Below are positions 1-9,354 of a DNA stretch of 64,000 bases, piece by piece; the first letter of the stretch is position 1, and the number at the start of each line of letters is the position of its first letter. Under the pieces are notes generated by a model. The model searched no databases and was not told where the DNA came from. It saw only the letters and a program-made list of their open reading frames with translations. The stretch comes from a virus. Made by a program: the position numbers and the translations under genes. The stretch lies in IMG/VR virus record IMGVR_UViG_3300044461_000051, positions 737-64,736 of that record, one strand, 5' to 3'.

Positions 1-221
1 TCATGCACATCGAGATCGCGAGTAACGTCGACATGCACTGACCTAAACCCCGAGCACCACCTAGACTCAGCCGAGGAAAGACTGCTCCCTATCGGGGACG
101 GCGCGGTCCAGCCCGGAACGTAGAGACGCAGACATAGGGCCCAGTTCTCAAGTCGAACCACTATGGAACGGTTTTGCATTTCGGTAGCCTCTGCAGCAAG
201 AGCAACGCAGGCAGCCGACAT
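1..221 (-). CDS. Partial ORF running off the left edge; resembles phage antiterminator-Q-like late regulators
   Basis: Not in the ORF track because it is open-ended. ATG at 221 follows AAAGAGGGGGGG; translates MSAACVALAAEATEMQNRSIVVRLENWALCLRLY...SSAESRW...VDVTRDLDVH. The RLENWA / S-x-E-x-R / D-x-x-D pattern recalls the N-terminus of proteobacterial phage Q-like proteins. Confidence 0.45.
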   Translation of the reverse strand, partial: MSAACVALAAEATEMQNRSIVVRLENWALCLRLYVPGWTAPSPIGSSLSSAESRWCSGFRSVHVDVTRDLDVH

Positions 222-384
222 ATGCCCCCCCCTCTTTTCCAGCCACCGAGTTAAGTCCCATCCACTTATACAGTCGACACATTGCCAACTCAATAGCAGC
301 CGCCCACGGGTCACCGCTCGATCGTTCGACGCTCGACTTCAAATCCCCCGACGGTCCCCCGACCCCGACGGGCCTTGCGCTCAT

Positions 385-640
385 GTGTATATATAGAGAA
401 TTTTTTGTTTTTTTTTTACCGGTACCCATTTTGGTGCACATAATTATCATAATCCTCATAATTAGCCATGAGATGTATGAGCAAGAAATGAGTACGTTCT
501 CAATATACGGTAAACAGAAAAAAAGTCTTTGAACCACAACGCAAAAATTCCCCGCTAGCTAGAAACTCTGTCATAGACAATGAGCAACGAGCCACGAATT
601 AACGGGTACCAAAAAAAAAAAAAGGTTTTTTTTCTACTTA
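385..640. other. AT-rich divergent intergenic region; candidate replication origin or packaging/control region
   Basis: T-tract 401-417, A13 at 611-623 then GG-T8, three CATAAT at 9-bp spacing (439, 448, 457), GGTACC in both tract-flanking arms; lies between divergent genes. Confidence 0.4.
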
Positions 641-789
641 TACGCATCCTCGCATTGTCGTCTGAACGCGGACCTCACAGCGCACATCGCCAACCCTCTG
701 AACGCGACTCCCGTTAAAACAGAACTCCAACACGCTTGCGCGTTCGCATGCCGTTTGCGAAACTGCGCGCAGTTCAGAAAGGACAACGC

Positions 790-2304
790 ATGCAGCAGTT
801 CAAGACGGTGCCCTACGCGCACCAGCTTGCTGCCCTAGAGTGCTCCGCCGATCAGGTCTTCTACGCACTGACGATGGAACAGGGCACCGGCAAGACGAAG
901 GTCATACTCGACACGACGGCGCATCTCTACAACCGAGGGCGCGTCAATGCGCTGCTCGTGCTGGCGCCGAACGGCGTGCACCGCAACTGGGCGACGAAAG
1001 AGATACCGAAGCACCTGCCCGACTATGTGCCGCGTGCCTGTAGCGTTTGGCACAGCACGTCAACGAAAGCCGAGCGAGCAGCACACGACGCGATGTTAAT
1101 CGCGCCTGCCAACCATTTGCGCGTGTTCACGATGAACATCGAGGCTATGGCCGTAGAGCGTGCGGTCGTCGCGGTGCGCCAATTCCTTGACAGCCATGAT
1201 GCGCTCGTCGTCGTCGATGAGTCGACGCGTATCAAGAACCCCAAGAGCATCCGCACCAAGAACGTCCTCGCGCTGTCGCCGATCGCCAAGTATCGACGCA
1301 TTCTGACGGGGACGCCGGTGCCTAACAGCCCGCTCGACGTGTTCGCGCAGTACTCTTTCCTCGACCCCGACCTGTTCCACACGCGCAGCTTCACGGTCTT
1401 TCGCGCACGCTACGCCGACATGCTGCCGACGAATCACCCCTTGATTCAGGCCATCATTCGACGCACGGGCATTCACCGCATCCCGCAGTTGATCGCGACG
1501 GATGCAGCGGGGCGCCCGATGTATAAGAACCTCGACGAGCTGCGCGGCATTACGCAGCGCTACACGTATCGTGTGCTGAAGCGTGACTGCCTCGACCTGC
1601 CGCCCAAGGTCTATGTGCGCATCCCTATCGAGCTGCACCCGCTGCAGCAGCGTGCCTACAAGGACTTGCTGCGACGTTTGCGCGAGGGCTTGCTGGAGGG
1701 CGACAAGATGGGCAGGCCGTTGACGAAGCTCAACGCCATCATGTATTTGCAGCGCATCTTGCTGGGCACGCTGCCGGCGCCGATGACAGCATCGGGCCAG
1801 CACGAGCAGCTTGTCACGCCGGCGCAGAACCCACGGCTGCAGGCGTTGCTCGGCGAACTCGACGAGACGTCAGAGCAGGTCATTGTTTGGTGCCGCTATA
1901 CCGATGACATTCGACTCGTGACGGGGGCACTCGTCGAAGAGTACGGTGCCGCGAGCGTCGTGCAGTATTACGGCGAAGTGGGGGGCGCCGAGCGTGATAG
2001 CGCGATTGCTCGCTTCAACAAGGGGGAGGCACGCTTTTTCGTGGGCAACCCTCAAGCGGGAGGTGTCGGGGTTGATGGGCTGCAGGTCGCGGGGCAGGTG
2101 CACTACTTCAGCAATTCGTTCAAGTACGATGAGCGCGTGCAGAGCGAAGATCGAGCGCATCGCATTGGGCAGCGCTTGAATGTTCGGTATGTCGATTATG
2201 AAACGGAGGGCACAGTAGACACGAAGATCCTGCGGGCTTACGAGGACAAGAAAGACGTTGCCGACGCTATTACGGGCGACGCATTTGAGGAGTGGTTGCG
2301 ATGA
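790..2304 (+). CDS. SNF2-family (SF2) DNA helicase/ATPase
   Basis: MEQGTGKT Walker A, VVDES motif II, LTGTP motif III, QSEDRAHRIGQ motif VI; SD AGAAAGGA before ATG 790. Confidence 0.9.
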   Translation: MQQFKTVPYAHQLAALECSADQVFYALTMEQGTGKTKVILDTTAHLYNRGRVNALLVLAPNGVHRNWATKEIPKHLPDYVPRACSVWHSTSTKAERAAHDAMLIAPANHLRVFTMNIEAMAVERAVVAVRQFLDSHDALVVVDESTRIKNPKSIRTKNVLALSPIAKYRRILTGTPVPNSPLDVFAQYSFLDPDLFHTRSFTVFRARYADMLPTNHPLIQAIIRRTGIHRIPQLIATDAAGRPMYKNLDELRGITQRYTYRVLKRDCLDLPPKVYVRIPIELHPLQQRAYKDLLRRLREGLLEGDKMGRPLTKLNAIMYLQRILLGTLPAPMTASGQHEQLVTPAQNPRLQALLGELDETSEQVIVWCRYTDDIRLVTGALVEEYGAASVVQYYGEVGGAERDSAIARFNKGEARFFVGNPQAGGVGVDGLQVAGQVHYFSNSFKYDERVQSEDRAHRIGQRLNVRYVDYETEGTVDTKILRAYEDKKDVADAITGDAFEEWLR

Positions 2305-2672
2305 CTACAAGCGAGAAAGTGGGCACCGGCATCGTGTACGTGACGCAGGATGTCATGGTGCGCGGCGCCGACGGTGCTATGCAGCGCAAATTCAACACGG
2401 AGCCGGCACAGCAGTATGGCAGCGTGCGCACGTTGCTGGCAGGCAACACGCGCATGTTCAGCAGCGTGCACGTCGTGCGCATGTTGAAGGAGCAACTGCG
2501 CAGCTTCAGCGAGAACGACTACCTGCTGCTGCTCGGTGATCCGAGCGTGATGGCTGCGGCGAGCGCTATCGCTAGCGCACGCAACGGCGGACGCTTCAAG
2601 ATTCTCGTGTGGGATCGCATGATGTTCGGTTACGTCCCCGTGCAGATCGACATCAGCGGCAAGGCGCTTTAA
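2301..2672 (+). CDS. Conserved phage hypothetical protein (alpha/beta; DYLLLLGDP)
   Basis: ATGA overlap with helicase stop; coherent 123-aa ORF. Confidence 0.7.
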   Translation: MTTSEKVGTGIVYVTQDVMVRGADGAMQRKFNTEPAQQYGSVRTLLAGNTRMFSSVHVVRMLKEQLRSFSENDYLLLLGDPSVMAAASAIASARNGGRFKILVWDRMMFGYVPVQIDISGKAL

Positions 2673-2686
2673 CGGAGAAAGGGAAA

Positions 2687-3226
2687 ATGATCAATTACGA
2701 GGAAGCAAGCACGCCTGACGCAACACAACTGGAGCAAATCAGCGTACTCGCCAAGAAGCAGCAGAAGCTTCTGCAGCTCGTGCAGCAGGCGGAGAATGCT
2801 TTAGCCACAGCACAAGCGGCGCTGCGGCAGGTGCAAGAGATCGACCTGCCTGACGCGATGCTCGCTGCGGGCTGCAAGGCGTTTACGCTCGACAGCGGCG
2901 ACTCGATCAAGGTCGTCGAGGGCATCAGCGCGTCACTCAGCGCAGAGAAGCGTGTTGCCGCGTGTGCTTGGCTGCGTGATCACGGTTACGGTGATCTTGT
3001 GAGTGACGACGTGACCTTGAGCTTTGGCAAGGGGCAGGAGGACAAAGCTCGTGCGCTCGCGGTCGAGCTGATCGGGCGCGGGCTGATCCCGCGCGTCGTG
3101 ACGAACGTCAACACCGGCACGCTGAAGGCGCTGATTCGCGAGAAGATGGAGGAGGGTGTCGACATGCCGCTTGACACGTTGGGCGCGTATCTGTGGCGCA
3201 AGGCCGAGATCAAGGGGCGCAGATGA
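2687..3226 (+). CDS. Phage hypothetical protein with N-terminal coiled coil (replication module)
   Basis: SD GAGAAAGGG; heptad-like N-terminus; operonic position. Confidence 0.7.
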   Translation: MINYEEASTPDATQLEQISVLAKKQQKLLQLVQQAENALATAQAALRQVQEIDLPDAMLAAGCKAFTLDSGDSIKVVEGISASLSAEKRVAACAWLRDHGYGDLVSDDVTLSFGKGQEDKARALAVELIGRGLIPRVVTNVNTGTLKALIREKMEEGVDMPLDTLGAYLWRKAEIKGRR

Positions 3227-3618
3227 TCGTCGGCTTTACCGGCACCCGCGAAGGGCTTAGTGCGGGACAGCACAAAGCGCTTGCCACATTTCTGTCGACG
3301 ATCGACATTGTCGAATTTCACCACGGCGACTGTGTGGGTGCTGACGCACAAGCCCACGACCTCGTGCGCAAGCTCAAACCGGCAGCTCGCATCATCACGC
3401 ACCCCGGAAACAGTGTCGGATTCAGTGCGTCGAAAGTCGCCGACGAGTACGATAAAACACGCGACAACATCGAGCGCAATCGCTTGATCGTCGACCTGTG
3501 CCGTGTGCTGATCGCATGCCCATTGGGCCCCGAGGCACTGCGCTCAGGTACCTGGTCCACAGTACGCTACGCGCGCAAAGTAAGGCGCCCGCTTGTCATC
3601 ATCGGACGCCAGGAGTAG
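3223..3618 (+). CDS. SLOG-superfamily (YspA/DprA-like) nucleotide-binding protein
   Basis: VGFTGTR, FHHGDCVGAD, RNRLIVD, SGTWST motifs. Confidence 0.65.
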   Translation: MIVGFTGTREGLSAGQHKALATFLSTIDIVEFHHGDCVGADAQAHDLVRKLKPAARIITHPGNSVGFSASKVADEYDKTRDNIERNRLIVDLCRVLIACPLGPEALRSGTWSTVRYARKVRRPLVIIGRQE

Positions 3619-3682
3619 TACGCCTTGAGATCGTCGGGCGTTAAACGTGACGATCACGCAGCACCTAAACGAGGAAGCAATC

Positions 3683-4471
3683 ATGACCGAGAAAGAAGCC
3701 ACGATGACGAAGCAACTGCCGGCGACGATCGACACGGCGCTGCTCGAGGAAGACGCCGGGGAGGGGTTTGAGAATGCGACGAGCGACAGTTACGCCATTC
3801 CGTTTCTGCTGATCCTGCAGTCGCTATCGCCGCAGTGCAAGAAGACCGACGGCGCCTACATCAAGGGCGCGGAAGAGGGCATGCTCTTCAACACCGTGAC
3901 GCAGGAGCTGTTCGATGGGGACAAGGGTGTTGACGTGATCCCTTGCTACTACCGACGCGTGTTCTTGCAGTGGGCGCCGCGCGAGTCGGGCGGTGGCTTT
4001 CGTGGGGAGCACTTGCCCAGCGACCCCATGATCGAGACGACGAAGACCGACGCGCTAGGGCGCAACGTGCTGCCCAACGGCGATCTGCTCGTCGATACGC
4101 GTGTGCATTACGTGCTGCTGCTGCGTCCCGACGGGTTCAGTCCCGCGGTCGTGTCTCTCAGCTCGACGCAGGTCAAGAAGTCGAAGCAGTGGATGTCCAA
4201 GATGCAAGACGTGAAGATGAAGAACGCAGCGGGCGTGCCCTTCACGCCGCCGATGTTCTCCCACGTGTACCAGTTGACGACGACCCCCGAGTCGAATGAC
4301 AAGGGCAGCTGGTATGGGCTCAAGGTCGTGATGAAAAGTCCGGTCGTCGACCCCGTCGTGTTCGCTGCTGCTAAGGAATTCAAGCGCCAGATCAGCAGCG
4401 GCGAAGTGCGTGAGCAGACCCCGCAAGCTGCGCACGCCACAGACACCGTAGACGAGGACGTTCCCTTCTAG
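3683..4471 (+). CDS. Single-stranded DNA-binding protein-like
   Basis: Acidic C-terminal tail ending DEDVPF; immediately upstream of primase. Confidence 0.65.
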   Translation: MTEKEATMTKQLPATIDTALLEEDAGEGFENATSDSYAIPFLLILQSLSPQCKKTDGAYIKGAEEGMLFNTVTQELFDGDKGVDVIPCYYRRVFLQWAPRESGGGFRGEHLPSDPMIETTKTDALGRNVLPNGDLLVDTRVHYVLLLRPDGFSPAVVSLSSTQVKKSKQWMSKMQDVKMKNAAGVPFTPPMFSHVYQLTTTPESNDKGSWYGLKVVMKSPVVDPVVFAAAKEFKRQISSGEVREQTPQAAHATDTVDEDVPF

Positions 4472-4498
4472 GGCTCACAACGCGCGCTCGCGCTGACA

Positions 4499-4514
4499 GC
4501 CCGGAAAGACGGGC
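4499..4514 (+). promoter_or_regulatory. boxB-like hairpin GCCCG-GAAAGA-CGGGC
   Basis: 5-bp GC stem with purine loop in the SSB-primase intergenic gap. Confidence 0.3.
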
Positions 4515-4538
4515 ACCCACCCTATTCAGGGGGCGTGA

Positions 4539-6053
4539 ATGTCTTTAGCCAGTGACTTTTTCGACCTGTACCGCGGGCTGCCGCGTGCACATGGTGTTTA
4601 TTTTATGAACGACGCAACAGAGAACGAGAAGGGCAAGACGCAGGGTCGCGGCATGACCGTGATGGAGCCGCTGACGCTAGAAAAGTGGAACGAGCATCTA
4701 GCGGGGATCGTGGGCGTGGGTGTTGTGCCCATACGTGATGACGGCACCGTGCGGTGGGGCGCGATCGACATCGACGTGTACCCGCTCGACCTCAATGCAC
4801 TGTTCGACCGTGTCAAAGAACTCGACCTGCCGCTGATCGTGTTGCGCACGAAGAGCGGCGGCGCCCATCTGACCTGCTTCACCAAAGAAGACGTGCCGGC
4901 AAAGCTGATGCGCACGCGCCTGCTAGAAATGGCGACCGCAATGGGCTACCCGGGCGTTGAGATATTCCCCAAGCAAGTGGCATTAGCCAGTGAGAAAGAC
5001 GTCGGCAACTGGCTGAACATGCCTTACTTCAACGTCAGCAAGACGACGCGGCACGCTGTGTTGAAGGGGCGCGTGCTGACGGCCGACGAGTTCATTCAAT
5101 ACGCGCACAAGCTCGCGCTGACGGCGGCGCAGCTGGAGTCCTACGTTGTCAATCTGGGCACCGACTTCGCTGATGGGCCGCCGTGCTTGCAGACGATGGC
5201 GAAGCAGGGACTGGAGCATGGCGGGCGCAATGAGGCGCTGTTCGCATTCGGGGTGTACTGTCGCTTCAAGTACGCGCACGGGTGGGAGGGGGAGCTGCTC
5301 AAGCTCAATGACGAGTTATGCGAACCGCCGCTACCTAAGCGCGAGGTCATCACGCTGGTCAAGAGCCTCAATAGAAAGGACTATTTCTACCCCTGCAAGC
5401 GTGCGCCGTGCGTGAACTTCTGCAACAAAGAGATATGCCGCACACGAGAGTTTGGCATCGGGCAACAGGCTGACGAACTCGACATCACGCTGGGCACCCT
5501 CGTCAAGATCAACTACAAGGACAAGCCCATTTGGATCATCAGCGTGAACGGGGTACGGTTCGAACTCGACACTGAAGAGCTGATGAGCCAGCCTGCGTTT
5601 CATCGCATCTGCATTGACCGATTGAATCTGTGGCCGCACAAAGTGAAGCCAGCGACGTGGCAGATTACCGTGCAAGACAAGCTTGCCAACGTCGAAGTCG
5701 TCACGCCTCCTGACGACAGCAGTGACGAAGGGCGCTTCCTAGCCTACCTAGAACAGTACCTGACGACGACCGCGCTCGCCCGTGCGCAAGACGAACTGCT
5801 GCAGGGCAAGCCGTGGACCGACGACGGGTGGACGTACTTCCGCAGCAACGATCTGATGTCGTATCTCGACCGGCAACACTTCCGCGTGATCAATCAACGA
5901 GCAGCCTGGACCATACTGCGCAAGTCGAATGCTGTGCACAAGCAGTTCCAGATCAAGGGGCGCTGTGTGATGGTGTGGGGTGTGACGACGCCCTCACGAC
6001 AGAGCGAGCCGCACGAAGTGCCCGACGCGCTCGCCAAAGTCGCCGAGTTCTAA
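4539..6053 (+). CDS. Archaeo-eukaryotic primase (AEP)-type primase with PriCT-like domain
   Basis: GAIDID (DxD), KSGGAHL, WLNMPYF, GGRNEALF, Cys-rich YPCKRAPC..FCNKEIC. Confidence 0.8.
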   Translation: MSLASDFFDLYRGLPRAHGVYFMNDATENEKGKTQGRGMTVMEPLTLEKWNEHLAGIVGVGVVPIRDDGTVRWGAIDIDVYPLDLNALFDRVKELDLPLIVLRTKSGGAHLTCFTKEDVPAKLMRTRLLEMATAMGYPGVEIFPKQVALASEKDVGNWLNMPYFNVSKTTRHAVLKGRVLTADEFIQYAHKLALTAAQLESYVVNLGTDFADGPPCLQTMAKQGLEHGGRNEALFAFGVYCRFKYAHGWEGELLKLNDELCEPPLPKREVITLVKSLNRKDYFYPCKRAPCVNFCNKEICRTREFGIGQQADELDITLGTLVKINYKDKPIWIISVNGVRFELDTEELMSQPAFHRICIDRLNLWPHKVKPATWQITVQDKLANVEVVTPPDDSSDEGRFLAYLEQYLTTTALARAQDELLQGKPWTDDGWTYFRSNDLMSYLDRQHFRVINQRAAWTILRKSNAVHKQFQIKGRCVMVWGVTTPSRQSEPHEVPDALAKVAEF

Positions 6054-7579
6054 TGCAACTCTGCGCGCAGCAGCAAGTCATTCTGGGCCCGCCTGGCTGC
6101 GGGAAGACGACCGCGCTGCTCACGCTCGTCGAGCAGCACATCGAGCAGGGCATCGCGTCTGAACGCATAGCCTACTTCAGCTTCACCCGCAAAGCAGTCG
6201 ACGTCGCCAAGACCCGGGCCCGCGAGCGCTTCAGCTTGAGCGATGACGCGCTGCCGTTCTTCCGCACTGTGCACTCCATGGTGTTCGCACTGAACGGGCA
6301 CACACGCAGCGACGTGCTCGGCCCGTCGCAGTATCGCGAGATCGCTGAGGCGCTCGGCATAGCGTTTGGCAGCGGCGGCATCGACGACAGCACCGGGCTT
6401 GTCATGGGCGCGGCGGAAGGGGACCGGCACCTATTCATTGACGGCTTGGCGCGAGCCCGTCGCGTCTCGCTGCAGCAGCAGTGGGAGGAGATGCCGCTCG
6501 ATCTCGACTTCCGCGCGATCGAGCGCACGGTCGCCGCGGTAACACGCTTCAAGCAAGCGCACGCGCTCGTCGACTTCACCGACATGCTGGAGACGTATGG
6601 GCGCGACGGCTTTCCGCTTGACGTGGACGCGGCGTTCATTGACGAGGCCCAGGATCTGTCGACGCTGCAGTGGGACACGCTGCGACGTCTGCTGCAGTCG
6701 TGTCCCGTGCTGTATATCGCCGGCGACGATGACCAAGCCATCTATCGCTGGAGCGGAGCTGATGTGCGGCGCTTCTTGGCGCTGTCGGGCGATCGCCATG
6801 TGCTGGCGCAGAGTTGGCGCTGCCCGCGTCACGTGCACCGTGTCGCTGACGACATCAGCACACGCATCAACACACGCATCAACAAGTCCTGGGCCCCGCG
6901 CGAGACCGAGGGCTACGTCGAGCACTTGCAATCGCTCGACGGGTTCGACTTCGCCGCATTGCAAGGGACCACGCTGCTGCTCGCACGCAATGCCTACCTG
7001 TTAACGCTGTTCACGGAGCAGTTGCGTCAACGGGGGCTGACGTATCGCACGCAGCACGGGGCGCACAGCGTGCGCCCGGCGCATGCCCGTGCCATCTACG
7101 CCTACACGCACCTGATGAAGGGGCTGCCCATTCGCGGGAGTGACGCCAAGTCGATTTACGATCAACTGCGCTCAGGCATCGGGGTGCGGCGGGGCTTCAA
7201 GGCGCTGCATGGTCTTGAGAATGACGTCGAGATCGACCTCAGCGCACTGCGTGCGACGCACGGGCTGCTGGCTGAGGGACCTTGGTATGAAACGCTCGAC
7301 GGCATCGCCGGGCGCGATCTCATGTACTACCGCAGCGTGCTGCGCGGCGGCGGTAACTTGCTTGCGGAGCCGACGATTCATGTCAACACGATCCATGGCG
7401 TCAAGGGGGGCGAGGCTGATAACGTCGTCGTCTGCCCTGACATGGCTTGGCAGACGCAACAGCACTTCGAACGTGACCCCGACGACGAGCATCGTGTGGC
7501 GTACGTTGCAGTGAGCCGGGCCAAGTCCAATCTGTTCCTTTTAGCCCCGGCCACCAAGAATTTCTACCCTTATTTTTGA
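6053..7579 (+). CDS. UvrD/Rep-like SF1 helicase
   Basis: GPPGCGKTT, IDEAQD, AGDDDQAIY, SWRCP, TIHGVKGGEAD, YVAVSRAK; TAATG coupling to primase. Confidence 0.9.
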   Translation: MQLCAQQQVILGPPGCGKTTALLTLVEQHIEQGIASERIAYFSFTRKAVDVAKTRARERFSLSDDALPFFRTVHSMVFALNGHTRSDVLGPSQYREIAEALGIAFGSGGIDDSTGLVMGAAEGDRHLFIDGLARARRVSLQQQWEEMPLDLDFRAIERTVAAVTRFKQAHALVDFTDMLETYGRDGFPLDVDAAFIDEAQDLSTLQWDTLRRLLQSCPVLYIAGDDDQAIYRWSGADVRRFLALSGDRHVLAQSWRCPRHVHRVADDISTRINTRINKSWAPRETEGYVEHLQSLDGFDFAALQGTTLLLARNAYLLTLFTEQLRQRGLTYRTQHGAHSVRPAHARAIYAYTHLMKGLPIRGSDAKSIYDQLRSGIGVRRGFKALHGLENDVEIDLSALRATHGLLAEGPWYETLDGIAGRDLMYYRSVLRGGGNLLAEPTIHVNTIHGVKGGEADNVVVCPDMAWQTQQHFERDPDDEHRVAYVAVSRAKSNLFLLAPATKNFYPYF

Positions 7580-7606
7580 CCTAAAACCAAGGGGTTAAAA
7601 TAGCGC

Positions 7607-7636
7607 TTGCTAGGTAACTTGGCTTTCGCCGATAAT
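7607..7636 (+). promoter_or_regulatory. Sigma70-like early promoter TTGCTA-N18-GATAAT
   Basis: Near-consensus hexamers in an AT-rich gap ahead of the small-ORF cluster; 7-bp hairpin CTCGTGC-TCGC-GCACGAG at 7642-7659. Confidence 0.6.
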
Positions 7637-7695
7637 TGTGTCTCGTGCTCGCGCACGAGCGACCACCCCCCAGAAAGCCAGAAAGGAAACACGAA

Positions 7696-7893
7696 ATGAC
7701 GACGACAAGCAACGCAGCAGCGCCGACGATCGAAGTGTTCCTCGTTCGTGTCCGCGACGTGTACGCCAAGTGCGATGTCGAAGAAGCCGACGTGCTGTCG
7801 AAGCAAGAAGCCGACGCGTGGGTGAAGGAATGGCGCTCGATGTACTCGCGCGAAGACGGGTTCCGCGTGACGTGCAAGATCGTTCTTCGCTAA
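7696..7893 (+). CDS. Early hypothetical protein (65 aa)
   Basis: SD GAAAGGA, ATG 7696. Confidence 0.7.
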   Translation: MTTTSNAAAPTIEVFLVRVRDVYAKCDVEEADVLSKQEADAWVKEWRSMYSREDGFRVTCKIVLR

Positions 7894-7914
7894 CTCAGAA
7901 AGCCAGAAAGGAAC

Positions 7915-8202
7915 ATGATCATGAACCTGACCAACAACGAACTTCTCGCCCTTCGCGCCATTTTCAACAGCGAATATCAAGGCGGCGACTCGCCCGAGTG
8001 CGTCGTCAACAACCAAGTCTGGACCAGCTACTGCAACCCGTTCAATTCGAAGCGCACCTTCTCTGGCGTGATCGCGTCACTCGTCAAGAAGGGACTCGTC
8101 AAGACCGGCGGGAGCAGCGCCGACGCGAACCACGCCGCCGGGTGCGACGGCACCACGCTAGCCCTCACCCTCGACGGCTACAACGCCGCGCGCCACAACT
8201 GA
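7915..8202 (+). CDS. Early hypothetical protein, possible winged helix (ASLVKKGLV)
   Basis: Start-associated motif plus SD. Confidence 0.65.
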   Translation: MIMNLTNNELLALRAIFNSEYQGGDSPECVVNNQVWTSYCNPFNSKRTFSGVIASLVKKGLVKTGGSSADANHAAGCDGTTLALTLDGYNAARHN

Positions 8203-8213
8203 GAAAGAGAGCC

Positions 8214-8486
8214 ATGAACGCACGCTTCCAATTCAACACGGGCCGCCTCTACACGCAAGAGGGGCAAGTCATTGTCGCAACGAACGACGGGGCGACGATC
8301 CTGTTCAATGACACGTCGCGCAGTGTGATGGGCGCGATCCTGTGCAACGAGTTTACCTGCGACCTGACGGGCACGGGACTCGCTGATCACGTCATGCGCT
8401 GCTACGACCGCGGGAACTACCGGGGCATCAGCAGCAGCGAAGCGCCGCAGCTCGACAGAGCCGCTCCCGTTGTGCACGTGTACTGA
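8214..8486 (+). CDS. Early hypothetical protein (90 aa)
   Basis: Start-associated motif before ATG 8214; the track's 7638 start is a read-through artefact. Confidence 0.7.
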   Translation: MNARFQFNTGRLYTQEGQVIVATNDGATILFNDTSRSVMGAILCNEFTCDLTGTGLADHVMRCYDRGNYRGISSSEAPQLDRAAPVVHVY

Positions 8487-8510
8487 GCCAACTGAGAAAG
8501 AGAGACAGCC

Positions 8511-8975
8511 ATGACCAAACGAGTCCCGATCGCGATCGACACGACCGTCGCCGGCGCGATCAACACAGCATTCGGCGTGCTTGAAGAACTCGCCGAAGAG
8601 ATGCGCGAAGCGTACGAAAACACGCCCGAATCGCTGCAGAGCAGCGCAGTCGGCGAGGCGCGCAGCGAAGCTGCTGATGCGCTTGAGTCGATCAGCGAGC
8701 CCGACATGCCCGAGTGGGCCGCCGACGTTGCAGTCAAGTTCACGCTGCTGCCGTTGAAGCGCAACGCGTCACGCAGCGCGCGTCGCGATGAAGCTGTCGA
8801 GTACGCCCGCCAAGCCTTTGAGGCGCTTGAGGCGCATCGTGAGCAGCAAGCTGCCATCGAGACGACCGACGACGAAAACACTGACCTTATCGACGCACTC
8901 GACGCACTGCTCGACGAGACGCAGACCATGATCGACGAAGCCGAAGCCGTCGAGTTCCCCGGGATGTACGCATGA
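8511..8975 (+). CDS. Acidic helical hypothetical protein
   Basis: Start-associated motif; very D/E-rich. Confidence 0.75.
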   Translation: MTKRVPIAIDTTVAGAINTAFGVLEELAEEMREAYENTPESLQSSAVGEARSEAADALESISEPDMPEWAADVAVKFTLLPLKRNASRSARRDEAVEYARQAFEALEAHREQQAAIETTDDENTDLIDALDALLDETQTMIDEAEAVEFPGMYA

Positions 8976-9352
8976 ACGACTTCCGCGAACTCGTCAACGT
9001 GCTAGCCCCCGCGCTCGGCATGACCCCCGATCAACTGCTGGGCCAGATCGCCGCACGCAAAGCACGCGCAGAGCGTCAAGCGCAGCGCGCGTCAGCACGC
9101 TACACCGACGCGCTGCACCACATCACTGTCGAGCAAGCTGCGCAGATCGAGCTGCTGCGCAGCGAGCACAGCGCACGCATGCAGAGCGGGATCCGACAAC
9201 ATCGCGTGTCGGAGAACGTCGTCGTGTTCATGCAAGCGCAGAAGTGGAACGCTGCTGTCGGGCGCATGGGCACGAAGCTGTATGCCGTGTATCCCGACGG
9301 GAGCCGCAGCGAGACGTTTGAACGCAGCATTTCTGTGCGTCGCGATTTCTGA
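8972..9352 (+). CDS. Hypothetical protein
   Basis: ATGA overlap with the previous gene. Confidence 0.7.
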   Translation: MNDFRELVNVLAPALGMTPDQLLGQIAARKARAERQAQRASARYTDALHHITVEQAAQIELLRSEHSARMQSGIRQHRVSENVVVFMQAQKWNAAVGRMGTKLYAVYPDGSRSETFERSISVRRDF

Positions 9353-9354
9353 TC

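Noticed and set aside
145-165. GGTTCGA T-loop-like sequence on the minus strand (possible tRNA)
   Set aside because: No T-stem pairing or cloverleaf; lies inside the edge ORF
661-706. 10-bp direct repeat TCTGAACGCG (661, 697) upstream of the SNF2 helicase
   Set aside because: Only two copies of a short word; could be chance and I cannot tie it to a promoter
7638-8486. 282-aa + ORF in the track
   Set aside because: Shadow read-through across three small genes that each have their own SD and start motif; only the last 90 aa (from 8214) look real
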